DNA of 64,000 nucleotides from contig OX597819.1 in the NCBI GenBank assembly GCA_951406725.2, positions 95,604,001-95,668,000 on the forward strand, written 5' to 3'. Position numbers and translations under genes: made by a program. A model generated the notes under the pieces. The model saw nothing but the letters and a program-made list of their open reading frames with translations, was not told the origin of the DNA and ran no database searches. Positions 59,516 to 64,000 of this stretch are shown here, piece by piece; position 1 is the first letter of the stretch, and each line of letters opens with the position of its first letter. The DNA is from Octopus vulgaris (taxonomy: Eukaryota).

Positions 59516-60989
59516 AATAAAAAAGATTTTTTAAAACATCTGACTTGAACTATAGAATAGACCTGGGTTAGCTGAAACTTTATGTATGTCATAAACCATT
59601 GGTTAATTATAGTTAAAAAGTTGTGATGCTGTCTCTAAAACATATGACGTGAACAATAAATCAAAAGTTAGGTAACCACGACCAATTGAGGATACATGGG
59701 TGCTTGAATGTTAAAAGATATACATTCTGTTAAGTTTTAGTACATTAAATCCTTTAGTGATTAGTTTATACATATAGCGAATTAACAAAATGAACATTTA
59801 TTTAAAAAAAAAGTTTATTATACATGATAGTTGGTGGAGATCAGGAAAAAATAACTAGGTAATCTTAAAGGATATATCTCTGAATTACAGCAATAATTAT
59901 ATTTTGATAGTTTTCTATTTGTTTTGTTAAGACAATATAATAACCTAGTGATCTTAACATTCACTGAGTATGACAGCTAAATTTAGATATAAGAGTGCAA
60001 TATTTTTTCTCATATATAATTTAGTGATTAGTATTGTGGAGAAAATCCTACTTTTTCTGAACAATAAAAATCAGGCGGTATGGTACTAGTTTTTTTTTGT
60101 GACATAATAAAGTTAGTATTTTCCATATATTTCCTGGCATTCTCTATTTACTGCAGTGACTTGGTTTACTTTTTTTATTTTTATTACTAGATACTAGCAG
60201 TGTCTGGAAATTCCACAATTATGAAGACAATGAGATTATAGCAAGTCAACAGGGAACTATAAAATTGATAATTTTCTTTAAAATTGTATTTTTACTGACG
60301 TGTTCAGGAGGTGTTGTAAAGTCTGTATAAGTTGTAGTTAGGAGAGAAATCAAACTGGAGTTGTACACTTGTCCTTTCTTCTACACTGAGGGTCATTGTC
60401 CGGTATTCTTAGTCTTACATGAAGAAGTGAACATGCTTTAGACAGTGCTACATACAACTGTCTGAGAAAATGCTGGTTCACTTCTCTTCATCTTTACAAT
60501 CTGATTGTTATTAAAATTATTGAAAATGTGTTGAAAGAATAATGCATACACTTTAAGCAATCTTAAAAGACATATAAAAGACATAAACTATATGTAGTGA
60601 TATTCTGTATTACTACATTGGTAATACTTTAACAAATCTTAATACATGTACTACATCATTACTTTCATATCAGAGGAAAGTACAATGGGCTCAACATGAG
60701 CCTGTAGTCACAGTGAATTGCAACAGTTGCTCCATTTGAGCTGTGGATTCAAAAAAGACATATCACTTAATTTGAAATATTTCTCAGCCATTTGTCTTAT
60801 AAATGAAATAAACATTGTTTATATAGTTACGATAGTATTTATTTAAAGTGTAACATACATAGACTGTAGCAGAATATAGAGTTAGTCTCATTCTACATGA
60901 TATAGATATATCCTTCTAAGATACTTTCATGTATTTACCAGAGTGTGGAAATGTTTCACTTCGTTTAACTAAATGTTCTCTTAATTCAT

Positions 60990-61412
60990 GGTGTGGCTGT
61001 ATGGTTAAGAAGCTTGCTTCACAACCATGTAGTGTCAAGTACACTTTTACTGCAAAGCATCTTGAGTAAGATCTATAGCCCAGGCTGACCAAGGCCTTAC
61101 AAGTGGATTTGGTAGAGGATCAATGGAAGAAACTTGTTGTGTGTAGGTATATACATACATATATATGCATGTGTGTGTGCACATTGTCTTGACATCACAT
61201 AATAATTGTAAAAAAGCATTACTGTTGTTGTGTTCATTTCCAATCTTTGAAAATATATCTGACCCTGAGAAAATATTACCTTCCCTCGAAACAGGTTTGA
61301 GCTTGGTAACAGGAAGGTTGTCCAACCATTGAAAATCTGCTTCAACATATTCTGTCTGACTCATGTTAGCAGAAAAAAGTAGGTGTTACATGAGGAGGAT
61401 AACGATGTTGAT
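60990..61412 (+). mobile_element. Diverged SINE with a family A head and an RTE-like tail
   Basis: GTGTGGCTGTATGGTTAAG...GACCAAGGCCTT; tail AGGAAGGTTGTCCAACC...CATGTTAGCAGAAAAAAGTAGGTGTTA. Confidence 0.55.
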
Positions 61413-62574
61413 GTAAATAAATCCAAGAAATATGCAGATAGCTGGATTGATAAGCTTTTGGAAACCAGCAGCAAGCTTAAGTAGTATTTCAATCATGTCA
61501 TTTGTACATTATTTAATGATAGACCCAGTTTACCTTACATAAATAGGTACCAGAGGCTGGGATAGTCACTGTTGTTAAACAAATTGAAGAATGTTTTGTT
61601 AAGTTGCATTCCTAATTTGGTTTTCTATTTTAAATTGTGCATAGATGAGCTGAGAGTGGCCCAACATTTAATTCTATCAATACCACTAAAGTGATTCCAA
61701 AGTGAAGTGATATGAAGTTGCACTGTGTGTTACTATTTCCATAGTTTTTATTTGTTAATCAGTTTTTAAAATGTTATTGTCATTCATTAGTATTAATTTA
61801 ATTCAGTCATTTCTGTCAGTCTTTGCTATTTTGAAAATGATACCTTAAAAATAGTGAAATATTTTACCTGACAGAATATAAATACCATTTTTTGGTTGAA
61901 AAATTGATGTTTATATTGAAATTGCATGAAAAAGCAACACTGAACACCATAAGCAGTATAAGTAGTCATTGTTGTAAACATTGCAAAAAAAAATCCTTCA
62001 AGGTTTTATATCAAGAACTGGTTTAAACTAGAACCTTTTCTTCTAGCATTGAGAAATATGAGAATATCCTTTTAAGTATATGAATAAAAAAATTGGAATA
62101 TGATACTCTGCTCAATCATTTCACAGCTAAATTTTGCTAGCTAAATAATTTCAAAGAAATTTGTTCAGAATAGTAAAACCTAGATCAATTTAATTATACA
62201 TGTGTAAGTTTCAGTATTAGTATGTATGTGCATATCACATGCACATACACTGTCACACAGTTATAATGCATGTTCCATCTGGTTAAAGTAACCAGCTGTA
62301 GAATAAACATTTTTTTTTTATGGCTTAGTCAGGAAAACGCCCTCTTTGATAGAAATCATGCTGGAACTGCAAATATTCAAATATAGAACAGTTGTTTTTG
62401 AAAGGACGTCACTAAGTCCCAAATAAACAGCCATACAAAGCTTATAAGTGACCAGGTCCAATTGTTTGGAAGTAGGGATAATCACAAATTTAGACAAATC
62501 TATTTCATGAAAAAGTTAGTGAAACCCATCAATTGTGTTCAGTTGCCAGATGAATTAATATTTTTACCATTTTA

Positions 62575-62875
62575 ATTCTTATTTTTATCAACAGTTTTAA
62601 TAAATCAACTGATAATATATTCTCCTTCATTGTTCATGACTTGCTAGTGTTCTTTTCAATGTCTTGATGGTAGAAATTACGAAGTCTTGACTTGAAGAAT
62701 TCATTGAGCCATAATTTCAGCTTCATGTCAGTATTGAATGAGACACCTTGCAGATTGTTGGATAGCAACTGATAAAGGTGATAATTTGAAGGTGCTATAT
62801 CAGGAGAATATGGCAGGCATGGTAGAACTTTCCAACTGAGCTCTTGAATTATGTGACACTTCATTGTCACATGTC
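62575..62875 (-). mobile_element. Mariner transposase C-terminal fragment
   Basis: WKVLPCLPYSPDIAPSNYHLY. Confidence 0.85.
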
Positions 62876-63258
62876 TGAAAAGAAGTAAAATTTATTCAAA
62901 TTTCAAAAATGATAAATAAAAGTTGTAGGGGAAGAATAAAGCTAAAAATTCCATAAAACTGTGATAGAAATATTTTAAATGTTAATTTAAATAACATTGG
63001 AAGGAAATGGAGAATTCCATTTGAAATCCCAATACATAACTCAGGACCTTATAAAACTTGTCTTGATATATGACATAGAAGAAATATAAACCCATGAACA
63101 GTTAAAATAGTTTCTTCTAGTAAGTTATTTGACTACTAATTGGTATCATTGGACATCAAGATTATGAAGTAGCATCACTGACTGTCAACAGCTGTAAATT
63201 TTATGAAAAAGCATGATATAACAGGAAGATTATTATCTACTGTGAAGCATCTGGAAAA

Positions 63259-63578
63259 CTACATTATTTACATTTGACAGATATTTGTCCTCATCTTGTT
63301 TGTTGTTAACATGTTTCAGCTGATATACCCTCCAGCCTTCATCAGGTGTCTTGGGGAAATTTTGAACCTGGGTTCTCATTCTTAAGGTATTTTTTTTATT
63401 GTTGTTATTATTATTATTCAGGTCACTGCCTGGAATAGAACTCGGAATCTTGGGGTTAAGAGTGTGCCTACTAACCCTAAGATTCCAAGTTCAATTCCAG
63501 GCAGTGATCTGAATAATAATAATAACATCAAAAAATACCTTAGGAATGAGAACCCAAGTTCGAAATTTCCCCAAGACA
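63259..63578. mobile_element. Inverted duplication of a tRNA-headed repeat carrying a hammerhead-like core
   Basis: 63347-63458 pairs with 63473-63578; B-box-like GAGTTCTATTCC / AAGTTCAATTCC; CTGATGA-AGGCTG...CAGCT-GAAAC on - at 63345-63313. Confidence 0.6.
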
Positions 63579-64000
63579 ACTCAGTAACATACTCTGACCT
63601 ATTCCCTGGTATACAAATCTGATAAATTCAAATCAGTCAACACAAAACTGTTTTGCGCAGATCTTTATTTGTAACTAATTGATCATGCACTGAGTCTGGC
63701 AGTTTCTGGCTGCTTAGTAGCTGTTGAAATATGTGCCAAGAGTAATTAAATACTTTTAAGTTGGTTAATAAGCTCATTTGGAAGGTGCAAGACATGTTTA
63801 TGAGTCTGTTGTCTTCAGACATCTCTGTTATATGCATAAAAAACAACTACCACTTCGTTATATGCATGAAAAACGCCAAATACTAAGATTTGATATTTTA
63901 AATTATAAGTTTATTTTTGTGAGCAGTAAATGGGATAGAAATATCATTAAAAAACTTTTTGATGCATATCGATAAAATTGGTATATGTCATGATATAGAG

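Noticed and set aside
55566-64000. Further GALM exons
   Set aside because: The candidate acceptors I checked hit stops or lacked GALM exon 2 motifs; probably one long first intron, which leaves the GALM call resting on 21 codons.

Overview
AT-rich, microsatellite-rich eukaryotic genomic DNA. The repeat families (RTE LINEs with (GAT)n tails, tRNA-derived SINEs, Penelope-like elements) suggest an octopus; this is inference. Bases 1-34,500 are nested transposon relics: hAT, CRE-clade, Merlin, RTE, Penelope, mariner, CR1, MITEs and SINEs. Several Penelope-type repeats carry minimal hammerhead ribozyme motifs. Bases 37,002-54,807 (- strand) hold a complete 17-coding-exon hnRNP L-family gene, which I assembled by hand in frame (1695 nt, 564 aa). 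It has two minor-spliceosome (U12) introns, one AT-AC and one that must end in non-canonical AA to keep frame. It also has a CA-rich intronic block followed by a candidate poison exon, a second candidate poison exon, and an exon whose first bases regenerate a 5' splice site. About 0.7 kb upstream, head-to-head, lies a probable first exon of galactose mutarotase (GALM), recalling the vertebrate HNRNPLL-GALM neighbourhood. Most ORFs in the supplied track are microsatellite or transposon artefacts.
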